Assembly (NCBI GenBank): GCA_028534125.1
Contig: CM052816.1
Location: 30,754,001-30,818,000 of the forward strand
Source: Lama glama
Taxonomy: Eukaryota
DNA length: 64,000 bases
Direction of reading: 5' to 3'
The translations under genes were made by a program, and so were the position numbers. Positions 51,231 to 64,000 of this stretch are shown in pieces. Every line of letters begins with the position of its first letter. Position 1 is the first letter of the stretch. The notes beneath the pieces were generated by a model, which was given only the letters and a program-made list of their open reading frames with translations, was not told where the DNA came from and made no database searches.

Positions 51231-51865
51231 GTTTGTGAAAAGGATTTTTTTTTTTTAATTTGGGGCAAGTATGCTGGCATTCCTTTAAGAAACATTGTTT
51301 CAGTATTATGTAAACCAGAATGTTCATTTCTGGCATAAGTGAGCCGTATATACATGGTAAGCTGAATGCTCAAATCAAATAAGATGCATTTATGATAATG
51401 CATTATGTATACATACACACACACAATATAACTCGTGAGACGCGATTTATCATCACTGTACCCACTCTGTCCACCTTTCTGGAAACTGACCTTTGTCCAG
51501 CCTGTCTCATGTCTGATGCAATATTGACATTACTGTGGAAATGTAAAATGGCAGAGAAGAGGGAAGAAATAAATTTTTTAAAAGTCAAAAATGTGACTAT
51601 GTTGATAAATGTAATTCTAGTCGCCCATTCTCATCAACTGTCTGATTGTTCAGGGTAATTCAAGGAGTGGGAATTCTGGAAAGCCTGTTAAGCCCAGACT
51701 ATTTCTTAGCCCTTCTTCCATAAAATAGAAATTAAGCCACAGATATTGTGAGAGACTCTGTAAGAAAAGAGGTAAATAGGATACAAAGTATGAAAGGAAC
51801 AGGATCCTTGAGATTTTCTTTTAGGGAACTGTTTTGTTTCTTTATCTAATCAAAGATATGTATAG

Positions 51866-52572
51866 ACTGGTGGGAATGTAGTTTGGTGCAGCCATTACTG
51901 AAAACAGTATAAATATTCCTTAAAAAACTATAAATAGAATTACCATATGATCTAGCAATCCCACTCCTGGGCATTCATCCGGAGGGAATGCTACACATGC
52001 ACCCCAATGTTCATAGCAGCAGTATATACAACAGCCAAGCCTTAGAGACAACCTAAATGTCCATCAACAGATGACTGGATAAGGAAGCAGGGGTATATAT
52101 ACACAATGGAATACTACTCAGCCATAAAAAATAATAAAATAATGCCATTTGTTGCAACATGGATGGACCTGGAGATCATTATTCTAAGTGAAGTCAGCCA
52201 GAAAGAGAAAGAAAAATATCATATATCACTCATATGTGGAATCTAAAAAAAAAAGACACAAATGAACTTATTTACAAAACAGAAACAGTGCATACAGAAA
52301 ACAAACTTATAGTTACCAGTGAGGAAAGAGGGTGGGAAAGGATAAATTGAGAGTTTGAGATTTGCAGATACTCACTACTATATATAAAATAGATAAACAA
52401 CAAGTTTCTACTGTATAGCACAGGGAACTATATTCAATACCTTGTAGTAACCTATAGCAAGAAAGAGAATATGAAAAGGAATATATGTATGTATATGTAT
52501 GATTGAAACATGCTGTACACCAGAAATTGATACAACATTGTAAACTGACTATACTTCGATTAATTAAAATAA
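51866..52572 (+). mobile_element. Young camelid-type L1 3' end
   Basis: CTGGTGGGAATGTAG...CACAATGGAATACTACTCAGCCATAAAA...CTGTATAGCACAGGGAACTATATTCAATAC...GAAATTGATACAACATTGTAAACTGACTATACTTC. Confidence 0.92.
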
Positions 52573-52574
52573 AA

Positions 52575-53022
52575 CCTCTATAACAATCCAAATGTGTATC
52601 AAAAAGTGGATGGATAAACAAATTGTGGTACAGCCACACGCTGTACCACATACCAATTAAAAGGTATGATTCAAATGTAAATGCAACATAGTAGATCAAT
52701 CTTAAAATATTATGCTCAGAGAATAAGCCAGACACAAAATAGTACAAACTCCATAATTCTATTTTTATGAAATTCTAGAAAAAAAGCATTAATTACAGTG
52801 ACAGCAGATCCATGGTTGCCTGAGGCCAGGAGTTTGGGAGGGGTGGGGCCACTGAGTGCAAAGGACACAAGGGAACATTTTTGGGTGATGGAAACATTCT
52901 AAATCTTGATTGTGGTGGTTACAGGGGTGTATGCTTTCACCAACGCTGATTGAACTTTGTACTTAAAATGAGCTCAGTTTATTCTTTGTAAATTATGTCT
53001 CAATAAGGCTGACAAAAAAGAA
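52575..53022 (+). mobile_element. Older L1MC/MD-like 3' end
   Basis: GGATAAACAAATTGTGGTAC...TTTTGGGTGATGGAAACATTCTAAATCTTGATTGTGGTGGTTAC...CTCAATAAGGCTGAC. Confidence 0.8.
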
Positions 53023-53193
53023 ATTTTTAAAATATGCATAGGTTGAAGTTAATATTTAAAACTCTGTACTCTAAATATTAAATCTAGTTAGTTTTTTAAA
53101 AGGCTAAATTCATTGTAAGTAATCACCAAATATTATTATTATTAGATATGAATTTGTGCTCATGGGTGCAAAACCAGACAGCAAAGGAGAAAA

Positions 53194-53292
53194 CTTTTTT
53201 CTTTTTCTTTTCCTCTCATCTTTCCCCTCTGTCTCTCCTCCCTCATCTTTTCTCTCTTCCACCTCATCCCTTTTCTTTCTCCTCATCCTCCT
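53194..53292. repeat. Polypyrimidine/polypurine low-complexity tract
   Basis: ~100 bp almost entirely C/T on the plus strand. Confidence 0.85.
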
Positions 53293-56200
53293 GTTTAATA
53301 TAAAGAGTTCTGGTTTAATCAAAATACAGCCAAGTCCTTAGGGTGCTCAGAGGCTGTGATGTTGTGCTAGATGACATGACATTTGAACTTCACGCTCAAG
53401 GAGAAGAAGGGTTTATCAGGGAGAAAAATCACTCAAGTAAGAAGTAACTGGATTTGACCTGGGGACTGATGTGGCCTGTCTGTCACACATGGTGATCAGC
53501 ACAGTGCCTGATGCAGGGTCTGCCTTCACCGACAGAATGTCTGCACTTCTCTTATTACACTTCTTTCAGTCACAGATCTTTGGACTAATACGTATTCCTT
53601 TTTAATCCTTTGAGAAAATTAAAGACGTAACAGAGCAGTCAAAACCAGTTACACAGAATTAGATGTTTCCTTCTTAAAACCTACTTGAAGGCCTTGTGGG
53701 ACCTAAGGAGATGCCACAGAGGGAAACCAGACCATGAGCATGGAGTGGAGAAGTCATGAGAGTTTTATCTTTATTTCAGATTTCTTACTTCAACATTTCC
53801 TCATGATTAACTATGAACCCCTAATAAGGAGACCTGCTCTTTCTCTGTTTTCTGCTGGACTCCATGTCTCTCCACATGCCATCGCCAAAGCCAACTCAAA
53901 ACTCAGTAAGACAGTCTCCAAATAATATTCTGTGTATGCTACACCTACACAGATACACTTTGATGGGTCCACCTTGGACTCTTTTAGTTCATGATACTGT
54001 GCCAATAAGGAAATGCATTCCTGATTTTCAAAGGAGTAACCTAGAAATACTTTGGGTTGGAAAAGATCATTGGGATGTTGGACACTTACATGTGTAAGAA
54101 GTCTAAGGACAAGGAATTCAACCATGAAAGTGTCAACCCTCTGAGGTGGATTTTTTTGTATCCTGTGAGCCTGGGCAAGGACAGTGAGAGGCAGGCACCG
54201 GTTGAATCTTTTATTGCTTTGAATTTCACACTAGATAATGCCAAAAGGTGCATGGCTATTTAAATGTCAGCTTTACCTTTTGTTGATTAGTTCATTGCAT
54301 AATCTTTTCATAAAGGTCTAACAGAAAGTAATGAAATGATATTTGACTTCATATTGAGAGCGAACTGTAAATAATTATGAAAGAAAGAAAAAATGTTTAT
54401 AGCAATGTCAGGGCTATGAGACACATAAAACTGTATTAAAAGGACACTGCATTTACTATTTTTTAATATTCTGAATTAGAAGTTTCAAGTATTTAAAATC
54501 CTGAGTCAGAACTTGGAATTGTAATGATTTTTCTTTTACTATTCAAAATGTACTTGATGTTTTCACCAAGATTCGTCCATTTTTCCGAGTTCTGTGACCC
54601 TAATCTAACCTCTCAGCTGGCTTCCTCCACCTTTTTCTTTTACTGTTTTACTTCCAATCCCCTCATAATCACCCACTGACATCTCTTTTATTGGTGCCAA
54701 AGATATTACTTTTCTCTTAAAAGTTTGTCCTTAAACCTTCTTTGGTTGAAGATTACATTGTATTATCCTTTCTAAATGACCTTTCTTGTTTCACTTTTCT
54801 ACACACACCAAAATAAATAAAACATTAATTTTAAGCAGCACGTTGGTGGAAACTTCAGTCTTTTTCCTTCCTTGCATCAACTTACCTTTCACCTGGAGGT
54901 GGAAAGTATTTTTGACAACTAATAGTATTGACAAGAGATATTACTGCAGAGGAAATAAATGTTTTTACTGCTTTGCTTTGCTTTTGTGTTGTGAGGTGGA
55001 AACAATTCAACTCTAAATTTAAAAATCTGTATTATGAGTAGTCGAAAACCAATACACTGAGTTTCTACTATTAGGATAATGTGGCTTTGGGTTTATTGGA
55101 ATGTTGAGAAATCTAGCTTTAATGACACAACTCCAGCACTTGGAAAGCTATTCAAAGGCACAGAAAACCTCTGCCAACAAACTGAGGAGAGCAAAGGAAA
55201 CAGCAGGGGAAAGTCATTTTTCAAGTCATTTTGGGAGAATGGTTACATAGATTATTGCCAGTGGAGCTTTTAGTTAATCTTCCTGTTCTGAGCACCATGT
55301 CTCATTCTTGCCTCTCCCTTCACTGGATGATTACAAGTTTTTATGAGTTTACCAGGACAGATGGCTTCCTTCTCACCGGTAGCCTCTTCCTCACATTATT
55401 GCAGGGAGGCACGAATAAAAATATTGTTTCTTATTTCCAAGAGTGCTTACCTCCAAGAATCATTGGTGCCCTAGCTAAACACCACACTTAAAATTACATA
55501 GTTCTTCCATGAAACAGAAATATGTTAGAAAAATGTCCCATCTCAACACTCCCAAACAGAATCTTGAACACACTGAAAGATAAGGAGCACTTGGCCAATG
55601 GGTCTGAAACTCAACTGCAGAGTCTTTGAGTCTGGCCAGGAGAAAGTAAGACGTAAATTCCCCTACAGATCACACAGGAGGACTGTCTGTCTCTCAAGTC
55701 CCAGATGGAGGGAATTCAACCACCTACTTGCACTGCCAAAGCTTCCGGAGGCCAGAGAGTGTGTCAGACCTGCTGGGTCTCTACCCTGCATCCTATCAGG
55801 GCCACCTGATTCTGTGGATAGGTTCCTGCAGGATTTGATTTAGGTTTTGTTGACAGTGCCTTGTCTCTAACATGCCTCATGTAACTTTTCCAATACCGCG
55901 ACATAGGGCAGTGGTGAGAGACAGAGGGGCATGGGTACATGCACAGCTGAGAAATATGAGATACAACTTACTCATCCATCCAGGGAAGCTCTCAAAAAAA
56001 GAAAGAGGCAACTAGCACTTTTTCTTGGAAATCTCTTGTGGACAATTTCAGAAATGTTCTGTTTACTCCTCAGAAGGTCTCCGTGGGATCAAATTTCAAC
56101 AGCCACACCCAGTGAGCAATCTGATCCTATGTTCTTGAGTATACTCTATCTTTCCCTGTTTACTCTCACGCGTGCATCCACTATACTCTCTAGATTCATC

Positions 56201-57479
56201 TCCCAACACTTTCCAAATAAACCACCCAAATACAGATCCATAGTTTAGCCTCTACTTTCAGTAGAAATCCAAGCTAAGCTAGAGGGGAATCGAAATCCTA
56301 TATTCAGAATGCTCATCATGATTCTGTGGTAGATCTCAGTTCTCTAAATCTGCAGCATCAACAAGAGTCATACAGAGGAATACATCCAAGCACAAGAGAG
56401 TGGAATTCAGATTTTCTTCAATGCTATCAAAGCTTTATCTGTAGAAGCCATCAGTGAATGTTTCTCCTGATTCTCTTAATAGCCTTTGCTTTGGATTCTT
56501 TGAACCACCTCAGTGAGTCTCAGTCTACAGATGTTTCTTTTCTCCTTTCCAAAGTGTCCTGTCTTAAGCTGTACTTTTCTAGTATCTTAATCAAACTGCT
56601 TCAAATCCAGCCAGTCATTCTCCTTCTAGGTCTTCCTATTGTATTATTTAGGAATGACCTGAAAATCTAATCACTTCATGAGTCTAATGAAAAAAACTAA
56701 GGTTCATAATGGCAAAATAGCTGACCCAACACACCCCAGATGGTTCACAGCCTAGAGAAATCACTTTGTCTACTGCCTTTATCGCAAGTGGACAAACAGC
56801 TAAAATGTTTCTAGAAAATCATTTATCATTATATCAACAAAAACAGTATTTCCTCCACGATGATTGTTTTACTCTTTTCCTCCCAATATAATTCTTGTGT
56901 TCTATGTTGTTAATTAGACATTGTACTTTGTCTCCCAGTGAGATACATATATTCAGAAATTCTACAAAAATCTTTTCAGTAATTCGGTGAATCAAATTTT
57001 ACACTTATGATATTTAATAAAATTAAATGAACAAGTAGCACATTCTGGGCAGCATACTCTCACTTGTACACATGTACTGTAGCACCTTATTACAAGAGAA
57101 ATAGAATAAGACACTGAGAAATTACCTGATTTGTTTTATGTTTATTAATACCTTTTGGGTCTTGGCTACATGCACTGAATTTAGGAAACTCCTCAGTCTA
57201 TTGCACATAATCAACTTTGTTTAATGAAATTGTCCCTTCTTGCTCTATGCATTCAGTCTCTAATTCATTCACTTACATCACTGTATCCTAACTCTCCTTC
57301 TTTCATCCCCAGGCAACAGTTTTAATGTACTCAATGTGTTTCTGTTTATTTGAATATGTTTTTAGAAAATGTGACTTGTGTATTGTGCATATATTTTAAT
57401 TTACTTAAATGACATTATATTATGTATCTCATTATACTTTCCATTTTTTTAATTGAAGAATTAGGCTTAAAGACCCATC

Positions 57480-60400
57480 CAGAGTTTTGCCTCTGCTTGG
57501 AATGCAGAAAACCACATGAGACCCTTGCTCTCACCCAACAATAACAAGAACTAAAAAACATATACAAAACAAGAAGGGTTTTTTTTTTTTTAGTCCATCA
57601 ATGAGCTGAGGTCTCAAGGCAATGAGGTAAATTGAATTTCAAAGGGTGACAAACTCCTCCAAGGAAAAATAGAACATACAAACAGCTCTGCCCTGACAAA
57701 GCACAAGATAGAGAAGCAGCACTCATTAAAATGGGTAAGAAAAAAGAACCAAAATGTTAACAAAAACAGAGCATGAACTGGTATGACACATTAAAACTCC
57801 TGGGATTCCCACGAACAGAAGTAGTCCCCAGCCAGTTGCCCAATTTTTCCCACAAGCCCTCACCTGTGTCCACGAGAAAGGGAGGAGGCAAGAAAGGATA
57901 CCTGAGAAAGCCCTCCTTAGCAACAAAAGTCTGCAGGGGATGATTTACCGGCTGCTGCAATGCAAAAGGTATGAAACCCTCAAGTGACTCGCATTCTTCT
58001 CTCATATTAAGCAGAAGCTCTCTTCCTCTAAGTATAGCACAGGACACCTTCCCAGAAATAGGTGAGCTGTCACTGGAGAAAGGATCAAACAGGATAGAAC
58101 TATGTGCCTTCTAGGGAAGAGGAGGGAAACAACCTTCTTCCTGTCCCAGGCGAAGGCTAGCTGCTGCTGGTCGGGGGAAAGTCTCTTGAGCATCCTACAC
58201 AAATACAAAACAAGGTGCTACTGCCAGCGGAAGAGAAGCAAGAAACCTGCTTTTGTTCAAGAACCCCTGAGCAAGACTCCGCATCTATAAAGGCAGTTTG
58301 ACTGCTGGGTGGGGTGGGACAAAAATGCTGAAAATGAAGCCCCTTGGTATTCCCCAGGGTTCAAGGTCACAGGAACGAATGACTGTACTGTCGCAGTTCC
58401 CTGCAAAACCGGCCAGAAGTAGGGGCATACTGCTTTCTAAGAGTGAATATTATGTACCTTAGTCTAAATACTTCTTATGCACATAATGTCCAAAACCTAC
58501 TGGAAAAAATAATTACAGGAAACAAATATTTTTTTAAATTTTAAAGTGTAACTATTAGCTATTAGGGCAATAAAATGGAAAAATGAAAACATTTAATTCC
58601 AAGAAGGCATGAAAAGAGAAAGTAAGAACAGGCGGGATAAATGGAAAACAAAAACAAGACAGACATAAATCTATCAATATTTGCTATAATATCAATATGA
58701 CATATAAGTCCCAACATACCAGTAACTGCTTTAAATGCAATTTGCCTAAACACTCTTCATAGGTAGAGATCATCAATTTTGATAACAAAGCCAGTCTCAT
58801 GCTATTTAAACATAAAACAATGGAAAATGACACATCAAGAATAATGAAAAGAAAACTGTACGGGCTATATAAACATCAGAGAAAAAGTGTACTTCAAAAC
58901 AAGGAATTTCACCAGAGAGTATAATCAACTAATTGACATTTTAAAAACATTCAACTCAACAATAGCAAAATGCACAGTATTTTCAAGTGGACATGAAACA
59001 TTCAACAAAAAGGACCGTAATCTCATAGACCAAACCCTAACAAACTTAAAATAATTGAAATCATACAAAATAAACTGACCATAAAAAATTGAACTCTATG
59101 TAGAAATAACAATATGTATGGAAAATCTTCAAGTAATCACAAAGTAAACACATTTCTATGTGGCCTATGGTTAAAAGAAACTGTGAAAGCAAATTAGACA
59201 ACATTTTGCATTGAATGGAAATGAAAACAACGTCATAATTCATGGAACACAGCTAAAGCAATGTTTAAAATCAAGTCTGTGGCAGTAAATGCTTATAATT
59301 ATAAAAGAAGGGTCTCAAAAAATGACACTGGCTTTACTATAATAAACCAGAAAGAGAAATAAGTAATGTGAAAGTAAACAGAAGAAAGGAAATGATAAAC
59401 AAAAATGAACAAAAAACGAAAGATAAAACTAAAGAAAATCAATAAAACCAACACTTTTTAAAGATTAACAAAATTGATCAAATACTAGGCAGACAGATAA
59501 ACAAAAATATATCTTACCAATTTTATGAAGGAAAGAGTGTACAGAACTATATCTCCAGGCATTAGGAGAATAATAAGAAAATAATACAAGTAACTTTTTG
59601 ACAATACAATTGTTAACAAGGCAAAATGGACAATTCCTTGAAAGATAAAAATTGCCAAAACTCATTTTAAAAAATAACCTGAATCGCCTAGCCAAAAAAT
59701 AAAATATATATTTCTCAAAAATAAACTTCCAAGCTCAGATACTTTTATGGTAAATCCTATGACACAACTGAGGAATAAATACTATCAATTATATACAAAC
59801 TCTTCTATAAAACAGAAGACTAAGTAATGCTTTCCACCACATTTTTTCAGAGACCAGACTATTCCTGATAATAAAAAGTAAAGACAGTGTAAGAAAACTA
59901 CAGACCAATATCCCTTATGAATGACGGCTCAAAACCTTTAACAAAACATTATCAAATCAAGTCCAACAATACATAAAACAACAGCACATTAGTGGCTTCA
60001 CCCAGGAATGCAAACTTGTCAACAGTTGAAAATTAATCAGCATGATTAACCAACGTCTACAGACTACAACAAACTATAAAAACACACAATAATGTTAAAA
60101 GATGCAGAAAACAGCAGTTGCGAAAATTAAAATTCTATTCTATTCATGATAAAAATTCTCAGCAAATATGGAGGTACCTCAAACTAACAAAGATCACCAC
60201 AAATACATCAAAAGTAAACATTTTACTTATTGCTGAAAGACGGAAATTTTATCATTAAAAAACAGAGCGAGGGAAACAAGGATATTCAATCTTACTGCTT
60301 CTCAGTGAAATTGTAGCAGAGGCTCTAAAAAATTCAAACTTTTGAGGGGGGGTGGAAATCGATGAAGGTGGTCAAAATGTACAAATTTCCAATTATACAA

Positions 60401-61320
60401 AAAAATGTCATGGGAAAGTAATGTATAGCACAATGACTATAGCTAACAATACTGTATTGTGTATTTGAAAGTTCTATGAAAATTGATCTTGAAAGTCCTC
60501 ATCACAAGAAAAAAATACCATAACTGTGCGATGATGCATCTTAACTTGACCTTGTGGTGATCATTTTACAATGTATACATATATCAAATCATTGTTTTAT
60601 ACCTGAAACTAATGTACTTTATCAATTATATTTCAATTTCAGAAAAAGAACTCTAGAAACCCAACAGTAAAAACAAAACAAAAACTATCCAATTAGAAAA
60701 CTGGCAAAACACATGAAAAGATGTTTTACCAAAAAGGATATACAGACAGCAAATAAGCATGTGAAACGATTTCCAACCATTAAGAAATGCAAGTAAGTAA
60801 CACAGTGAAATACCATTACACGTCCAATAGAATGGCTACAATGAAAAAGGAAGAAAATAATCAAGTATTGCCGTGTACATGAAGCAACTACATCTCTCAT
60901 ATACACCGTGTTAAATGGGACAACCACTTAGAAAAAGTTTGGTGGTTGATTAAAAAGTTAAGTACTCACCTACCATATGATCATGCCGTTTCACTCCTAG
61001 GTGTTTACCTAAAGTAAAAAGAAATACATGTCCATTCAAAGACTTTTACATGAATGTTTATAGCAGCTTTATTTTTAACAGCCCCAAACTGGAAATGACC
61101 CAAATGTTCGTCATCAGGTAAATGAATAAACAATTTGGTATATCCATACACTGGAATACTAAATAGCAAGCAAACTGAAAGGGATATTGATAAATGCAAC
61201 AGCAAAAATTCACCTCAAGACAATTACGAATGAAAGAAAAAAGATAAAAATAGTATATGCTACAATTTTATTTATATAAATCTCTAGAAAATGCCAAACA
61301 AGCTACAGTGACAGAAGCCA
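57480..61320 (+). mobile_element. Large, highly degraded old L1M (5' region, ORF2 remnants, 3' region) with a nested insertion
   Basis: A-rich ORF2 motifs (GAAAACTACAGACCAATATCCCTTATGAA, CCCAGGAATGCAA, AGATGCAGAAAA) and a 3' region with ACCATATGATC and AATGTTTATAGCAGCTTTATT. Confidence 0.75.
60341..60649 (+). mobile_element. Nested L1 3'UTR fragment (L1MA-derived) with an A-rich tail
   Basis: GAAGGTGGTCAAAATGTACAAATTTCC...ATACCTGAAACTAATG...TCAATTATATTTCAAT; decayed flanking CTCTAAAAAATTCAA / CTCTAGAAACCCAA. Confidence 0.75.
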
Positions 61321-61685
61321 TTATAAGATATTTTATATATAAACAGATTTATAAAGGTATAATTGAGACACAATAAACTGCATGGGTTTGAATGGATATA
61401 TATTTTATTTAAATTTTGATTATGTTAAAATTGCCTGGATTTCCAAAGAAAACCAATTTAGAGCAACATTCCCTATTATTAAAAAAGGAAAAAAAAATAA
61501 AAATTCAATTGGAAAAGAAAATAAATGTACGGTAAACATTGGAAAGGAAAAATACAACAGTTCTTATTTGTCAATAAAATAGCTGCTACAAAGAAAAATC
61601 CCAAGAAATCTGGAAAAAATTCACTTGAACTACTAAGTGAGTTTATCAAAAACACAGGATACATGTCAAGACATAAAAATCAATT

Positions 61686-62113
61686 GCAATTCTACTCCTG
61701 GGCACATACCCGGAGAAAAATATAATTCAAAAAGACACATGCACCCCAATGTTCATAAGAGCACTATTTACAATAGCCAAAACATGGAAGCTATTCAAAT
61801 GCCCATCAAAAGATGACTGGATAAAGAAGTGGCATATATACACAATGGAATACTACTCAGCTATAAAAAGGAGTAACATAATGCCATTTGCAGCAACATG
61901 GATGGAACTGGAGACCGTCGTCATTCTAAATGAAGTTAAGCCAGAAAGAGAAAGAAAAATGCAGTATGATATTGCTTATATGTGGAATCTAAAAAAAAAA
62001 GGACACAAATGAACTCATCTACAAAACAGAAATAGACTCACAGACATAGAGAACAAACTTATGGTTACCAGCAGGTAAAGGAAGTGGGAAGGAATAAGTT
62101 GGGAATTCGAAAA
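61686..62113 (+). mobile_element. Young L1 internal fragment (ORF2 end plus partial 3'UTR) with no tail
   Basis: ORF 61749-62012 (MFIRALFTIAKTWK...HIYTMEYYSAIK) is the L1 ORF2 C-terminus; homology to 51866-52572 stops about 200 nt before the normal 3' end. Confidence 0.88.
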
Positions 62114-62119
62114 TCACAC

Positions 62120-63118
62120 CTCTCAGGGAGTGATAGAAATGTTAGCTATCTTGATTGTAGTAGTGATTTCATTGGTGTGTTCATCTATCAAAATTCATTA
62201 AATTGTACATTTGAAATATGTGTAGTTTATAGTACAGGAACCATATCATAATAAAGAAGTTAAAAAAAGAAATACAACTTAATACAAAAAGGGCAAAAAA
62301 TTGGTTATGAGACTTCAACACAGACAATAAACAAATTGCTCATAAAGCACATGACACTGATGCTCAAATGTATTAGCTACCAAGAAAATGCAAATTGAAT
62401 CCATGAAACATACCAGTAAACATCTACTAGAATGGCTAAAACCAAAAAGCTTGATGTTAGAAAACGATGTAAATGTGGAACTGGAACTCATATACTGCTA
62501 GCAGGAATGCAAAATGGTGTGATCAGTTGGAAACCAGTTTAGCAATTTCTTATAAAGCTAAATATACATTTTTCATATGACCCAACTATTCAATTTCTGG
62601 GTATTTACTCAAGAGAAATAAAAACATATGTTCACACAAATATCTGTATGCAAATGTTCATAGCAGCTTATTCAAAATTGCCCAGATCTGGAAACAACCC
62701 AAATATCCATCAGTTGTGAAAGGATAAACACATTTTGGTTACAGCCCAATAAGAGAATATTACTCATCAGTACAAAGAACTGTTATTTTCATACCAGAAG
62801 AATCTCAAAAACATGTTAAATGAAAGAATTCAGGAAAAAAAAACCCTACATAGAGTATGAATCCATTTTCCTAATATTCTAGAGTAGGCAAAACTACAAG
62901 GACAGAAAATAAATCTTTGGTTGCTTAGGAATAAGCGTGATAGAGGGAATTAACTGCAAAGGAGCATAAGGAAATTTTGGGCAGATGGGTATTTGTGTAT
63001 CTTGATTATGGTTTTATTTACCTGACCAGAGAGGTTTATCAAAACCCATCAAATTGTATACTTAAAAAGGTAAAATTCAATGTATGTGAATTATTCCTCA
63101 ATAAACTTGACTAAACAA
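62120..63118 (+). mobile_element. Old L1MC/MD-like 3' ends (two pieces)
   Basis: GATAGAAATGTTAGCTATCTTGATTGTAG...; CATATGACCCAACTATTC...ATCAAATTGTATACTTAAAA...CCTCAATAAACTTGAC. Confidence 0.75.
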
Positions 63119-64000
63119 AGGTATACCCATGTTGCTATATATACCCCTAACTCATTGTTTCAAATTGCTGACAGATTCACCAGGTTACACATTTACTTAC
63201 TTTACCAGTGACGATCCCTAAATTGCCTCTAATTTCTGACCACCATAAAAACTGCAGTAATTATCACCTTCATACATGTGTATGAAAACTTCTATGGAAC
63301 ATAAAAGGAATAAATGCCTGGCAACAGAATTACTGAGTCATAAGATAAATGCAATTAGTATGCCTTAATAAGATCAGTTTGCCCCCTCAAAGGACTATAC
63401 CAATGTGTCTTTAGTGTTTCTATCTATGAGGGAGATTAAAAAGACTCATGGAAGACCATCAGCCTCTGTCCCAGGTTACATCCATGACCTTAGCCTCACA
63501 AGCTACCCAAGTGTCTTTACAAATGACTTTTTTCACTTCTGATTATTCCGATTTCACTTGCCTGTCCGTTTGGTCCATAATCATTGTGTTTGTTTTGTTT
63601 TTATCATCTTCCCATAGCTACATTATGCTTTCTGAAACCGGCCTTCCACAATAAATCGTACCGCATAGCAGTCTAACTTCTTCTTCAAATTATTTTATTT
63701 CTTCTCTCTTATTCCATTCAGTCTTGCTGCCTCTCTGAGAAATGATCTCTTTTCAAATTCCAGTTTCTTTCAACATTTTTCACATATACTCTGATCCATG
63801 ATTCTTATTCCCAGAGGGGGAAAATAACAAAACAAAACCCAGCCTAACTGCTCAGATTTTCAATGATGAGTTATCTTGAAAAATTCATACACTCAACTTC
63901 CAACCTAAACCTCTTCTTTGTCACATTTGGAAAGATTAATCGGAGGATTAACACGTACAGTGTACATATATCTGAATACGCAGTTGGGAGTTTCAGGCTC

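Noticed and set aside
53110..53341. Lys/Glu/Arg-rich and Ser/Phe-rich ORFs
   Set aside because: Translations of a polypurine/polypyrimidine tract.

Overview
AT-rich mammalian genomic DNA, intergenic or deep intronic. I found no supportable protein-coding gene, tRNA, rRNA or CRISPR array. The recognisable ORFs in the track are decayed LINE-1 ORF2 pieces and the rest look like chance frames. The window is dominated by transposon relics: L1 of several ages, L2, MIR, ERVL/MaLR LTRs, and the DNA transposons MER5A, MER63A, MER102 and a Tigger2-type MITE. The style of the youngest L1 3' tails, and the absence of Alu, B1, Bov-tA and PRE-1 SINEs, suggests an artiodactyl, probably a camelid (inference from memory). 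The most unusual structure is a ~260 bp fragment of the H2A.Z (H2AZ1/H2AFZ) 3' UTR with no poly(A) tail, bracketed by a 34 bp direct duplication. It looks like a templated repair insertion rather than a classical processed pseudogene. Other points are two L1 twin-priming inversions, a tail-less young L1 fragment joined by microhomology, an unexplained diverged ~145 bp local duplication, a tRNA-Trp PBS-like 18-mer, and several motif-dense candidate enhancers. Repeat boundaries are approximate and subfamily names come from recalled consensus sequences, not from a search.
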